A stretch of 64,000 nucleotides of DNA from Bugula neritina (lineage: Eukaryota > Animalia > Bryozoa). Shown one piece after another: positions 1 to 12,712 of the stretch. Each line of letters begins with the position of its first letter. Within the stretch, counting starts at the first letter, position 1. The stretch spans positions 13,153,675 through 13,217,674 of the forward strand of contig OZ037768.1 in the NCBI GenBank assembly GCA_964035545.1, written 5' to 3'. Position numbers and translations under genes: made by a program. Under the pieces are notes generated by a model. That model had not been told where the DNA came from. It did not search any database and saw only the letters and a program-made list of their open reading frames with translations.

Positions 1-10
1 TTGTACTCAC

Positions 11-58
11 CACAGCCATGTTATCACAAGAATGGAATATATATTCATTGGATGTGGC
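11..58 (-). CDS. Possible 48-nt exon of a downstream gene running off the left edge
   Basis: Minus strand tttcaag|GCCACATCC...ATGGCTGTG|gtgagt. Open as ATSNEYIFHSCDNMAV or (PHP)MNIYSILVITWL. No homology recognised. Confidence 0.3.
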
Positions 59-307
59 CTTGAAAGAGCACAGGAAAATTATTATATTAAAGCGTGACAA
101 CATAGACTTTCAAGCATTACTAGGTTTGTATTTAAATAAACTGTTGCTATGCTTGTAGGGCAATTGGAGTATATTAGTAGCCTACTAGAATTTTAATAAT
201 TCACCATCAACTTTGTTAAAGTAAATTTAAATCGCAAGCTGAACATTAGAAAATATTAGATGGAAGTGTATTTTGTAGCTTAAGAAAACTTGATCGTTCC
301 CCAATAA

Positions 308-522
308 ACTCACGCAAGTTTATAGTCACCATCTCTGTGAGAAACCCCTGATAAAAAGGGTTTTTGTTGAAGTGGGCTTAGGACTTACTTAAATGAGGCA
401 CAGGAGCAATTATGACTGAATACTCTTCCTAACATCACTAATATGGCCTTTGTCCGGGCTCGAACCCATGACTTTCGTGTATACCAGACAAACGCTCTAA
501 CCCCTAGACCACAGCTGCTCCC
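308..522 (-). mobile_element. tRNA-derived SINE, family A, full length
   Basis: Reverse complement of the 55510 copy, with A box TGGTCTAGGGG and B box GGTTCGAGCCC. 19-bp TSD cttga(t/g)cgttccccaataa at 289-307 and 523-541. Confidence 0.9.
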
Positions 523-754
523 CTTGAGCGTTCCCCAATAACCCCTCCAAAATAATGCATTTTCCATGTTAGTAATTTTTTAGCTTCAGAGGTTGAGATC
601 AAAAGCCTGCCGATAAAGTGCCAAAAGTAATAACATGGTGACTAGACATATAAGGACTTGGCTGTACAATCTTATATTGAATAGCTTTTAAAATTCCTTG
701 ATTTGAAATAACTTCAGCTTTGAACGAATTTAAGGCTTTTAAAATATACACTAA

Positions 755-882
755 TACTGTGTACTGTGATATACTATGTACTGCGATGTACTGTGATATA
801 CTTGTACTGTGATATACTTGCACTGTGATATACTGTGTACTGTGATATACTGTGTACTGTGATATACTTGTACTGTGATATA
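755..882. repeat. 16-bp minisatellite (tactgtgatatac[t/t][g/t]g), left half
   Basis: Tandem units of tactgtgatatactgtg/tactgtgatatacttg. The array resumes at 2198 after the transposon insertion. Confidence 0.9.
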
Positions 883-2197
883 GGGGTAACGGGGGCACAA
901 CAGTCATAGGGGTACAAAAAGCCGGCCAAATTGTGAGAGAACTTATTGACTTAGAGTTGCAATTTTTTTTATATAAAAAGATATTGACATAATTATTCAG
1001 CCTTTGTAGTTTCAACACTTGCGGAATATACGTGTTGAAAAGGCGAGTGAAAAAGTGTTTTTACCTACTTTTTGTAAAATTTTTGAGACATCGTTAAAGC
1101 TTTATAACTTTTTACACTCAAAGGCAACAAGCCTAGATTTTACTGATATTGTTGCCATTGCTTGTCTCTACAATGCTTAACTAGTATAACAGCAAACTCT
1201 AAAATTAATTTTCCTTGAGGCACGTTTATGTCAAATTTGGCCATCCGGGGCACAATGGGCCACCTTGACCGGGGCACAATGGGCCACCTGATTATTGTAC
1301 CCTGATCACTGTTATTAGTTTGTTTGCCCAAAAAGTTGGTTGAAATGTTACTAAAATCTATAGATATAGCCATTTCTGACCTTTTTGTAAAATATCAAAG
1401 ACATCATGGTAAGACTACCAAACTACAAGGTGAAGCTCCCCTAATATATATATCTGGTGAGGTTAAAGCTTTGCTATTTTATACATAATACAAAACACTC
1501 TGCTGTTGCTACTAGTAGATAGTCATGATATTCATTATACATTATATCATTGAGGGAATATACATGTATTTGACTAAAATAAATTGTGATTTGCTCATTC
1601 GCTCCCCCCCTCTCCCTTCCATACTCCAGCCACAAACCGAAGCCATGCACCTTATAAGTTACAGTTCATAGAAAAAAGTCCACTCAGAATTTTGTAGTAC
1701 AAGTTGCTAAAGTGTTTTTCTAATAAAAGTTTCTCTGAAGTGTATAAAAAACATTTTTAGTTCTAAACAGTAATGATAATGGCACCGTAGAACCGAGTGA
1801 TGTGCGTTTGATTTTGCCTTCCTCTGCTATCCGTGGTGGCACAAACTGTACAGCTAAAACATGAATTTTGCTTTAGATCTGAAAGAATATTTTTATTTGT
1901 TTGTAATATTAAATAAATAAAGATCAGATGCAACAAAATCTGCAAAATTTCAATATATTTGTTGTGTCCCACCCAGTGGCCCATTGTACCCCGGTACCGG
2001 GGCACAATGGGCCGATTTTTTCGTCATGAAAATTTCATTATTCTGAAAGTTGTGATAGAGATAGAAACAACAAACTGATACCTGTAATAGACAACAGATG
2101 CAGCATTAAGACTAGAGATTATTGAACTAGTAACTTGAAAAACAGACGAATGAGAGCAAAAAATGCAAAATTTGGCCCATTGTGCCCCCGTTACCCC
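883..2197. mobile_element. Non-autonomous TA-targeting DNA transposon (Tc1/mariner-pogo-like)
   Basis: TIR GGGGTAACGGGGGCACAA at 883-900 and its reverse complement ending at 2197. TA duplicated at 881-882 and 2198-2199. Internal ccggggcacaatgggcc motifs at ~1245, ~1269 and 1975-2013. No transposase ORF. Confidence 0.85.
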
Positions 2198-2310
2198 TAC
2201 TGTGTACTGTGATATACTTGTACTGTGATATACTTGTACTGTGATATACTTGTACTGTGATATACTTGTACTGTGATATACTTGTATTGTGATACACTCG
2301 TACTATGATA
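2198..2310. repeat. 16-bp minisatellite, right half
   Basis: About 7 units of tactgtgatatacttg continuing the 755-882 array. Confidence 0.9.
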
Positions 2311-2965
2311 GAGTAATTGGCAATGCTTGTAGAAACTCATGGCAAAAACTTTGGAGATGTGGAGTCTGCATTAAAAGTATCCAAAGTAGTAGAATGGCAA
2401 AGAGATAAACATAAATGGCAGCGTTTACATGTACAGATGCCGGCTGTCATCACTAACTCTATACGACATAGGAGTACTTCTTGTATTAGAAAACTTTTAA
2501 AACATTTCTGCTGAAACATAGTCATATATTTCTGTAGCTACAGAACTGCAAACTGTCTACTCATTTGGTCAGCTTTATTGAGAAAAGTACTACATTTTTG
2601 TTTGTTTCAAATTTTAAAGGAAAATTGATAGAGCAAAATCCACATCAACTACACAAAAGTAGCTTTAATTTTGAAATACTTTTGTCTCATATAAAAATAT
2701 TTACAATAAAGGATTAGATCGGGATTTCATTCATGTTCAACTCTAACGAAGATATATATCAGATGACTATTTCCAACTATAGAAACTTGCAAAATTAGCA
2801 TGAAATAAATAGCAGGACAATTATAAATTATTACATCAGAAAACTAAAATGGTCTAATTGACGACATAACACAATTACCAGTATAAATAATATGATACAT
2901 GAGTAGATCCATTGGTATGCACAAAATATATAGTAGAGACATACAAAGGCCAGCCTGAGTCTAAG

Positions 2966-5900
2966 TTAATGTGTGAATGCACCGCTATAAATGGCAACTG
3001 GCACCATAAAAGCAATAAATATGAGAAAATTTCGTGCAAGTCCTGTCCAATGTTTGGGCACGAGATATGCGGTCAACTTAGCTGTAGTTTGATGGAGTTC
3101 ATGAGCTGCACACACGAATATCAATGTGACTACCAGTACATTCAGCACTGGGTAGTTGGGAACCAGCACTAAAATACCATTAGTATCGGCAGCTAGCCAT
3201 ATATGGTACTGCGCCACAAACAACTACAAAGAAAAAGAAAGTCCATTGTAGCAGTAACCCACCAGTCTAAAGGGAAATGAAAATTTGAAACAATGAAGTA
3301 TAATCTAGGTAATGATGAAAAAACCTAATAACCTTTTCTTAGGTTGAAATAATATTAAGAACTGCAATAATTGTAGCCTTAAGTATGCTATAGGGTTAGT
3401 TTCATTTACTAACTGATTACTGCTCATTTATAGGCTTCATGTATAAATACATTCCAGACTAAATCTCCTAACTAAATAACAGTTGGAAAAATTACTTAAA
3501 ATGATGAAAGAAAGTTGGATGCAAATATTCCACAGCTTTCTTAAATACATACCTCTAAGGAAAATTTACCAAACCAAGCAAATAGAGGACTGTAAAGAGT
3601 GCGTATTGGACCAGCAAGGTTCCTGATGAATATGTATCCAATGATCTACAATAAATTATATATAAAATATTATACTGCTCTGCAATAAGTTTTACTAACA
3701 TTATTACTTGTTATAACTTCATGTAATAATAATACAATCACTGCATTTCCAGGCTTCGAATTAAGCGACTGTATTTTTCATTCAATGTTTGGTAACAGTT
3801 GCATCAAATGAGACCCCAACCATAAGTTCATGCAAACCATAATGCATAATGTGAAGTAATGGAAATGCAAAATATATTTCAAGTCATTATTTACATTCAA
3901 CATAAAATAAAATACTCACCGGAAAAAAGGCAGCATACGAATGAATAGCGTTACATTGCTCTTTGAAGCTGCACATCACCACAACAATTATATAGCCCTG
4001 TAAATAGACAGTAGGCAAAGTGTTTACAAAGTACCTGATATGACACTGTATGTAACATTATACAGTGCTGCGTGACAAAATTTCATAAATTAACAAGGAT
4101 GGTTGAGCTAAATTGGCAAGAATAGGTTTAACACAGCAATGTAGCCGAATCCATCAATTTAATTGCGATAACTGGTAGTAGTCTACAGTCTACACCAACA
4201 TAAACAAAATTGTGCCGGATAAATATGTCCGATTACAGCAACCATACTTGTGCTATTTATATATGCAGGTATTGTAGAAGTTGGTACAATTGACTTTCTC
4301 CTTAGAACTCTTGGCGTTACACAGCTGTTCATGCGCCTAGTGGTATGCAGGGCTACAGTTAAGTTATTACTCAGTGCTGAGATAAACAGATACTGAAGGA
4401 AGAACTAGTATTCGTCTCACCACAATGCTGCCAACGGACACAAGGGAGGTCACCCAGAACACGGCATCACTCTTAAACATGCTGCTTTCATTCGTCCCAT
4501 CATCAATGTATTTATATTTGTGTCCCAAAACAACAAACAGTGCAAATAGAACTCCACATATAGATGACTACAAAAAGAAGATAATTCCAAATCAGGCAAA
4601 ATACTTTCTATTTACTATTACGTGGTACAGTATACAAGCAGTATGGTGCAGTATCAGTCTAATATATGCAGAATGTGTAAATAAGACAGGCTTACGTATC
4701 TGTCCAAAGACCACCTAAATTTCCAGTCATTTATTGTGTTGTCATTCTGTACGAAAAATGGTTTTATGGGTCCAAAGCTGAATATCTTCCCAAATACGTT
4801 CTGCAAAATAAATGATTACAGATCTCATTTTTTAAAATACAAAATTATTTGAGTTCATATGATCGCACACATTGATGTTCATAATATTAAAACAAATTTT
4901 GCCAATCAAAATCCAAATTCCATTGTCTCACGGAAAGAAACATCTGCCCTAAACACTCTCTAGTGTGTAGATATACATTCACAGTTGAAGTATGCAGAAT
5001 ATTGATAATCTTAATAAAGATACAAAAAGCATGTACATCTACAAAGTACTCACCTCATAATGGTGTAACAGCGTAGTAAGTATAATCAACACGACCAGCT
5101 TAGCTATTAGATACCAAACACACTTGGGATTTTCTACAAAATTATACCAACAGTTTATGACTCAGCTACAGTACAGTAGTATACATACAGAGTATAATGA
5201 GTGTTTAAAGTCTTTTGCCACCAAGTCAACTCTGGTATCAATCAGCAGAAACAGCTAAAGAATGCTTACGACAGCTTATAGTTTATGTAACCTAAACAAA
5301 TATAAACGAGACAAACTTACTTTCTACGGTTTGTTTGTTAACTCTGGGCCAGATAGCACAGGTGAGGAACATTACGCTGTACCAGAAGGTAACCAGAGGT
5401 ACAAAGTAATAGAGCTGGTAGTAGCTGTTCATCACCATACACAGACATATCACCAGCAGGTTGTAACGAACTACCACCTACAACATTTAAACATGAAAAT
5501 ATTAAATTCGGGAACAAAAACTCGGAGACGCCAATTTTTGACTATTCTATAGGTTAGACCAATAGCTACTCAAGAAAATATATAGCAACATATTTATAAT
5601 GTTACATAGTGACATGGGTTTAATGATGGGTTAAGATACTGAGAGAAAGAGCAACATGTGATGAAACTAAACTACAGCAAAGTGTAGTCGGATGACCAAT
5701 CTTCCATGTTATTTGTTAGGTTGACAGAAACCATTTACCGTGAAATACCGATGAACGCTATAATCTCCTGTGTTCCAGGAATAAAGAAAGTTTCCGTAAG
5801 CACTGAGAAACATGTATGATGTAACCAGACATCGTGCAAACATATATACTGGTAACACCTGCAACGACAATAATTCAGTTAAATCAATTGTTATGGAGAA

Positions 5901-8900
5901 CAGCAAACAAACTGTTTACAACATATTTAGACTGGAGCATACCTGACTAGCACCTGTAAAGTGATACACAAGTATGAAAAGCTGCATCCATCCCTTCCAC
6001 TCATCAGTTTGATCTCTGTGCAGAATTGTAGTCTACAAGAATTCACAAGCCATCAAGTGTGAGAATGCATGTATGTATTATTACAAATATTAGGGGGAAG
6101 CAGTGGTCTTGTTACACACTGTAGTTCAGCATAGAAATAATAAATGCTTTTAAAAGAAATGAGTATACCAGACTCTAAATAGCACTTTACTCCTGTAACA
6201 GAGAGATGCAAATCTTACATATTCAGAGTCTTTAGCCCAAAACAGCCCAATCAGCATGACATATCCAAGAGGGAACAAGAAGTTCAGATGAGTGTAACTT
6301 TTATTCTCTTTCATGAAAAATGTTGTTCTGCAAAACAAACCAATCAAATCAACAGAGATTACACGCCTCGATGAGATGCAGAAATCTCACTGCTGAATCT
6401 AACTGAACATAAAGGACACAGTGCTCTATACAATGTACAATTAATTGAAACCCCACTTTTAACTTGGAGTCAAACTCAAGTTGAACTTTGGTATTACACA
6501 AAGAAAGCACTTTCTAGGTGAGTAACATTTGGTTACAAAACTGTCAGGCAATATATAATTTTAAAGTAGGTAATGTAGCCTACAATACTCTCCTTTAGCT
6601 AAGCTAAATTTAGTCACAGAACTATACGTGATTCTCACACAAGCCTGTGAGAAAGCCTGTGGTATTATGTATGGGAACAACACACTCAACCAATATATGG
6701 TGATTACCTGTCACATAGGAACACATACGCCAGGATAATCCCCAGTCTACTGAACCCTTTCAGTATTTCATAGAGGGTGACCTTCCACGGAGGGGCGACA
6801 CTGCGGAGTTTGTAGTTCTCAGCTTTGGTGTCTACAGAAAGGGGGGAATAATTAGAGTTTCATTTTTCAATGTCAATACAAGATGCAGTTTCTTAAAACT
6901 TACCAGTATTTTGAAACAAGCTGACTAATAAATAATGAACAGCTTTATAATACAGCATAGCAGTTGATTTTGTAAAAGTTAACAATTTTTATTAACTTAT
7001 ATTCCTTGAAAGTTTTCAAGACTTGCCGTTAAGGAAAAGATGCACTCAAAACCTTCAATAACAAGTCTATAACAAGTATTTTTTATTTTTTACGTTTCAA
7101 AAATGTTTAAAATACATTTTATATATAATTTTTTACTAATTTTATGCATTTTTCTAACCTTTAGTTGAATAATTGAAAAGAGCAAATTTATGACAAAAAA
7201 TGTGTAAACCAACATGTCTTCTCTTGTATTAAATTGTTAATATTGACTTTAATATTGCAAAGGTTATACGCTAAAGCCTTAATAAATTACAGGTACCAAG
7301 GAAACCATGCCAATAATTAATGACAGCTGCCACAATTAATCAATAGCAGTCTATACAATACATCAATTCCTACAACACTTACCTGCATCAGTTGTTTTAG
7401 GAGCTCTGATATCTCTTCGGCACACACAGAACATTATTGTACTCAAACTCATGCTAAAATAGGATATATGAATCGACAATGTATTTACAAATAACATCTC
7501 AGATAAATATGATATCAATGATTGGGTGAATATCTTTCTCCAAGAGCTAAATTTGCAATTGAAATCACATACTTTTCAAATACCTAAAACACACATTTTA
7601 CACATTGGAGAATTTATTTTAATACTAAGCCAATAGTCTATTGTCCAGATTTGCTTTAGATGCATAAATTATTTAAGATAGCAGAAGCTTCACCATCAGT
7701 CTGCTGTAATTTCAAAATTAGGAAATGCAAACTTCAGTTTACATGCAGTAGATTGTCACATGGTAATGTAAGCAGGAAACCCACCACATAACAAAGAAGA
7801 CGGCTGACAAAAACTGCAGGAGTTTGGGATTTTCAGTTGTTGTACAGCAGGTGCCATCGTGGTAGTACATGTTACCATTACACTTGTAGTTGAGCAGAAT
7901 CTGGTTGTCCTGCAAAGTGATGGTCAGAATTAGCTTATCATGTAATGAGCAGTCTTATTGGATGACTACACATTGGATTAACCAATCACATTAGAATATA
8001 CTTTCTTAGGTTTTATTTACTAGAAGAACTGGGAGAGATACAGACTGGACTTTATAGATGAAGCAGAATTTTATTGCAAATTATCTCCCAGTTTACAAAC
8101 TCAAACTTAGGTGTTGTGTGATAAATCTCAAATCATTGGGAAACCAGTAATAATTCATCTAATTGTGAACTGCAATGCATACATATTTTAGGTCACAGTC
8201 TATAAGCAATAGTTTAGAACTCAGTCTACTACTAGTAAGAAATAGTTTAGAACTCAGTCTACTACTAGTAAGAAATAGTTGAGAACTCAGTCTACAACTA
8301 GTAAGAAATAGTCTAGAACACAGTCTACAACTAGTAAGAAATAGTCTAGAACACAGTCTACAACTAGTAAGAGATAGTTGAGAACCAAGTCTACAACTAG
8401 TAAGAAATAGTTGAGAACTCAGTCTACTACTAGTAAGAAATAGTTGAGAATACCAGCTGAGAGCGTTGAGCTTCACTCAGACTCGATACATTCTTCTGAA
8501 AGATCTGAGCTATGAGACGGCTAGACTTCCAGAGATGAATCTTACTTTTATCACTAAAATAATTGAATATATTTCACAAGTAACTTGTATTGGTGAACAC
8601 TTGAATATATATTATAAGTAACTTGGTGAATGAGCAAATTGCAATCTCTCAACGATTCAACATAATATTCATATTTAAAATCATTTGCAACACTAAGAGA
8701 CTTACAATTGCTCTAGAGCAGCGCGGTTGTGGACGTCAATAACTCGGTTCACCAGACTACTGCGGTTTGAAAGTTTTTTATGCTCACTTAGTTGAGATGA
8801 GTTGTCCGGTCTCGGGTCTACAATAGGTAACATCAAACTTATTCAAAAACTGTTCCTTGTCATTACTGCCGCTGCTTGGCAAAACGAACTGAATAAGAAT

Positions 8901-11472
8901 CACAAACAGAATCATAACTAGAATGAATACTTTTACAACATGTTACCTTGGAGGTTCCAAAGAATATCGATATCAGATGGAGAAGCGCTGGAGACAGACA
9001 TTCTCTCTAAGAGTTCAGCTGCCTCTCTGAGATTAGTTGCCCACAGCTGCTCAGAGCTGTTACTGATTGAAAGGTTTTGGCTCAGTTCGCACTGTCAACA
9101 TTTACAGAACATATTTTGAGTAGGACACTTGCTGCTGCACTTGATGAGTCAATGCCTTTCTAAACTTACATGTATTGAGCCGATAGGATTTTTACATCAG
9201 TTGATGTTCAATAAAAAATACAACCAATCATCTATCAATAAATCAACATTTTCACAAGACATGAACTCATACTATTGCGAGAAGGAATGAACATTTTAGG
9301 TTTGGAAGCAATAGACACATCAACATGAGCCATTAACTTTCCCATAAAACTAAATACAAGAAGCATTAAAAAGAGGTTTAAATCAATAATTCTGTTAACC
9401 GCATCTTCTGGAATGAAATGTATGAAGAAATCAGCTGATCTTATCTGCTAATCTGCTCTTCCTAACGGTAAGAAAGAATTACATAATACCTACCAGAGGA
9501 AGTCCTGTCACTAATGTATTGGGTCTGTGACTAGACTTCATGTCTTTATACTCTTTTAATTTCTCTTTATATTGTTTATTGAGATATGTATAATGCTGAA
9601 ATTCCTAAAAAAAAATCAAAAATACATGTATGTAATATAAAAACCAACATCAATACATGCAATTAAAAAACAAATAAACGCGGAAAATAAACAATCAACT
9701 TTCATAGACACAATACTGACTTACTACATATAGGCCTATTGAAGCATCTTCATAGTGATCATTGCGATCATCATCATAAAACTTAACATCATTAGTTGAG
9801 GTGGTATAAAGCAGACTTTTCCTTTTGTATCTGTGCTTGTCTTGCTCCACATTATCAGTATTGCTGCTGCTGCTGCCATCAACAAGGGCAACAAAGTCAT
9901 TGAACAGATCTTTCATCTGATCATCGCCCATAAATACAACATAATTTCGTCCTTTCCAATAGTATATGTAGTTCATACAGGCTCGTGCATCCCTATAAAC
10001 AATACAATTACTATCAATGTCTTGTAAATATTAGTTCATGTTACAGGTATGTGGACACAACGTGATTTTTATAGATGAATGTTACCTAATTTATACAGAA
10101 ATTCACTCACTGTTTTTCATATGTGTGCATCATACAGCCAAATGGCTGCCATTTTGAGCCCTGGAACCTGCCATCACTAAGTAGCCAAATGCATGAATCC
10201 GAGCCTAAAATAAATATATTATCAAATTTTTAATGTTAAAATACCTGACACATGGACTGTATCTAAAGCTATTGAGCTTCTGTGACACTCCTCCCAGCAT
10301 GACAGTGCTTTGTTAAAATAAGTGATTTACTCACTTACTTAATGACTGTGGGCATAGCTCAGAGCCTGTGAGTGTTATTCAGCCACTACATTATGGAGTT
10401 AGTATTACACATGTTAGAAGTGAGGATATCCATAATAGTGTGGCAGAGTGAGTGTGAATGTCAGGTTAAGTAATGGCTCATGTTAGTAAAGTCTGTTTCA
10501 TTCAGCAGTTAGTACCAAAAACTGAGAGCAAGTTACTTATAAGCTAATGCCCAATCTTATTACAATTATAGTTATTGCAGTTAGCTACAGTTATTAGCTG
10601 TGAGTTACTTATTGTATCATATTTCAAATTTATATAATAGTCAATACCATAATCACTGTAATGATTATCATCATTATCATGGTTCCAATAACCATAAAGA
10701 TTATCATTGTGATTTTTGTTATTATTGACTTTATTGCCAAATCATGGTTATAATAATTATTATAACTACCACTACCAGTGATTCAGTCATTAACTTATTT
10801 TACTTTCAGTTTTATTGTTCCTTTTTACATTTAGTTTTTTTCTATTACTATTCATATTGATATTTGTATAAAAATTTTAATTTAGATACAATGAAAATTG
10901 ACTAATACTAAATCTAATCAAATAATACTAATAGCAATTAAAATTTAAGAATAGCTCGATAACTATCTCCTAACCCAGTAACTGCCTAAGACTAAGATAA
11001 CTGTGAGTCTAACTTCAAATTCAAATTTAATTCCAATTTGATAATTATCAATATTAATTTATTCAATTTGAAATTCGTAATGTTAACTTTAAGCTTAACC
11101 ATAACGATAATCATTCCAATAACCATAATGATAGCCATAATTATATTCAATCTCAGAATCATAATAATTGTTACCATCATAAGCATGATGAAATATTAAT
11201 GATTATGAACATGATCGTAATGATAATGATCATCATCATAACGAGGGTCACGGTGACCAATTTGAATTTCAGTTTCACTGCGTCTACTTACCTAGTCTTG
11301 CGAGGAGGATACTGTGATATATTATAAAACTAACCACACACAAAATAGCAACAATTTTAGCATTAAATGTGTTGATATGCTTAGACAAATCTGGCATAGG
11401 AGGTAGGTTGTTTAATGCAGATAAAAGCTTCCTTTCGGTTAGCAAAATTTCAGATTGCTGGTCACTCGCCAT
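2966..11472 (-). CDS. CASD1: CAS1 domain-containing O-acetyltransferase (CASD1-like), 20 exons, ~855 aa
   Basis: Phase-consistent exons: 11472-11292, 10204-10111, 9992-9725, 9604-9494, 9091-8947, 8817-8706, 8553-8454, 7909-7785, 7453-7383, 6831-6708, 6327-6219, 6032-5943, 5858-5739, 5477-5321, 5133-5054, 4800-4696, 4567-4421, 3997-3920, 3645-3553, 3223-2966. Family motifs: [81 protein letters not shown]. Confidence 0.95.
8204..8450. repeat. 33-bp minisatellite in CASD1 intron
   Basis: About 7.5 units of aagaaatagttgagaactcagtctactactagt, abutting the donor at 8453. Confidence 0.9.
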
Positions 11473-11800
11473 CTTTGTTTACAATATTTCTCATAATTAC
11501 CTCCACGGCTGAAGACTATAATTAAAGGCTTTGCGAGGGTAAATTGGTCACGTGCTTATTGCGCTCCGTAGTATCCAATATTATAATAATATTATTATAG
11601 TGAGGAGAAATCGTCGCGTAACTAATGCTGAAATACGTTTATAGCGTGTAAGATGAGCATACTGGCTTGAAACTATATAATAATATAATCTACTTTCTAT
11701 ACCTACGGCCTACGATAACTCTAGATGAACGACCGAAAATTAATGTTACGGACTTACCGTGTGGTCAACCGCAATAATTATTTGCAAGATTGCTTATTCT
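11473..11800. promoter_or_regulatory. Probable bidirectional promoter with E-box GTCACGTG (11547-11554)
   Basis: Lies between the CASD1 ATG (minus) and the divergent plus-strand gene. Locally CpG-richer. GTCACGTG matches the bHLH-ZIP (USF/MITF-TFE CLEAR-type) core. Confidence 0.4.
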
Positions 11801-12712
11801 GCTAATTGGTTGCTTTTTGTTCAATAATATATTACAGTGTGGTATATAAGATATACCACTCTGATATATTAGAGTGTGCAATAAGCTGCTATAGCTGAAA
11901 AATGGCAGATTTATTTAAGGTTCTGGTTTGCTGGACCAACAATGTGCTGCCTTTGCAGAGTTATCTACTTTTCTGTAAGTCTTGTATAACAATCAGACAT
12001 GTAGGAATGTGCATAGCTTTTCTAAAAAAAAGGTTGTGGTGCAAATGTACATTTTTGTATGTGCACCTTCTATTCAACTGTGTAATAATTCAAGAAGTGT
12101 TAGACTTTTTAAATCAGTTTAGTTTTTTTCTGGTTCATATTACCATCAAACATCTGTTTATTAAATGTGGTCTGGAGATTAATTTGCTACCCAATTTAAA
12201 ATCAATGCAACTTTGTTGAACTTCAACAGTTTTAAGTTTTTACTTTAAAGTTAAACTTTAAAGTAAAAAACAATAAATAACTCTAAATTCGTTTTACATT
12301 TTTATTTTTTCTAGTAGTTTCAAATAGTCTGCACTTTGGGTATGCTGAAAGTAAGCAAGTGTTTTTATTCCTATGCCAACCAGCATACTAATTAAATATA
12401 CTACATGACAGTAAATTTTCACATACTTTATTGAGAATACTTGAAGATTTATATAATTGGCATTATAAATTGAAATATGCCCACAACCAGGTCAGCTACT
12501 TCTGCCACAATAGCGGCACTTTGTTTACGGTATCCATTTATATTCAGTGTTATCACACTATTATTATAGAGAAGAAAGATTAGCCATAAAAGTGAAGAAT
12601 CAATGCATAATATATTATTCATGTCTCACTGCTACTTCAATTACTCAATAACTTATAAAATTCAACAGACTAATAGAAAGATGCTGTAAATTGTTATTTC
12701 ATTCTATTGCAG

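Noticed and set aside
1406-1445. ATGGTAAGA...TACAAG as a pogo-like transposase start
   Set aside because: Stops after 12 codons; too short to support.
8204-8450. 33-bp repeats (also 60449-60612) as a CRISPR array
   Set aside because: Head-to-tail units with no spacers, no cas genes, eukaryotic introns.
10600-11260. Ile/Met-rich ORF 10992-11186 and flanks
   Set aside because: Degenerate (ATN)n low-complexity sequence in CASD1 intron 1.
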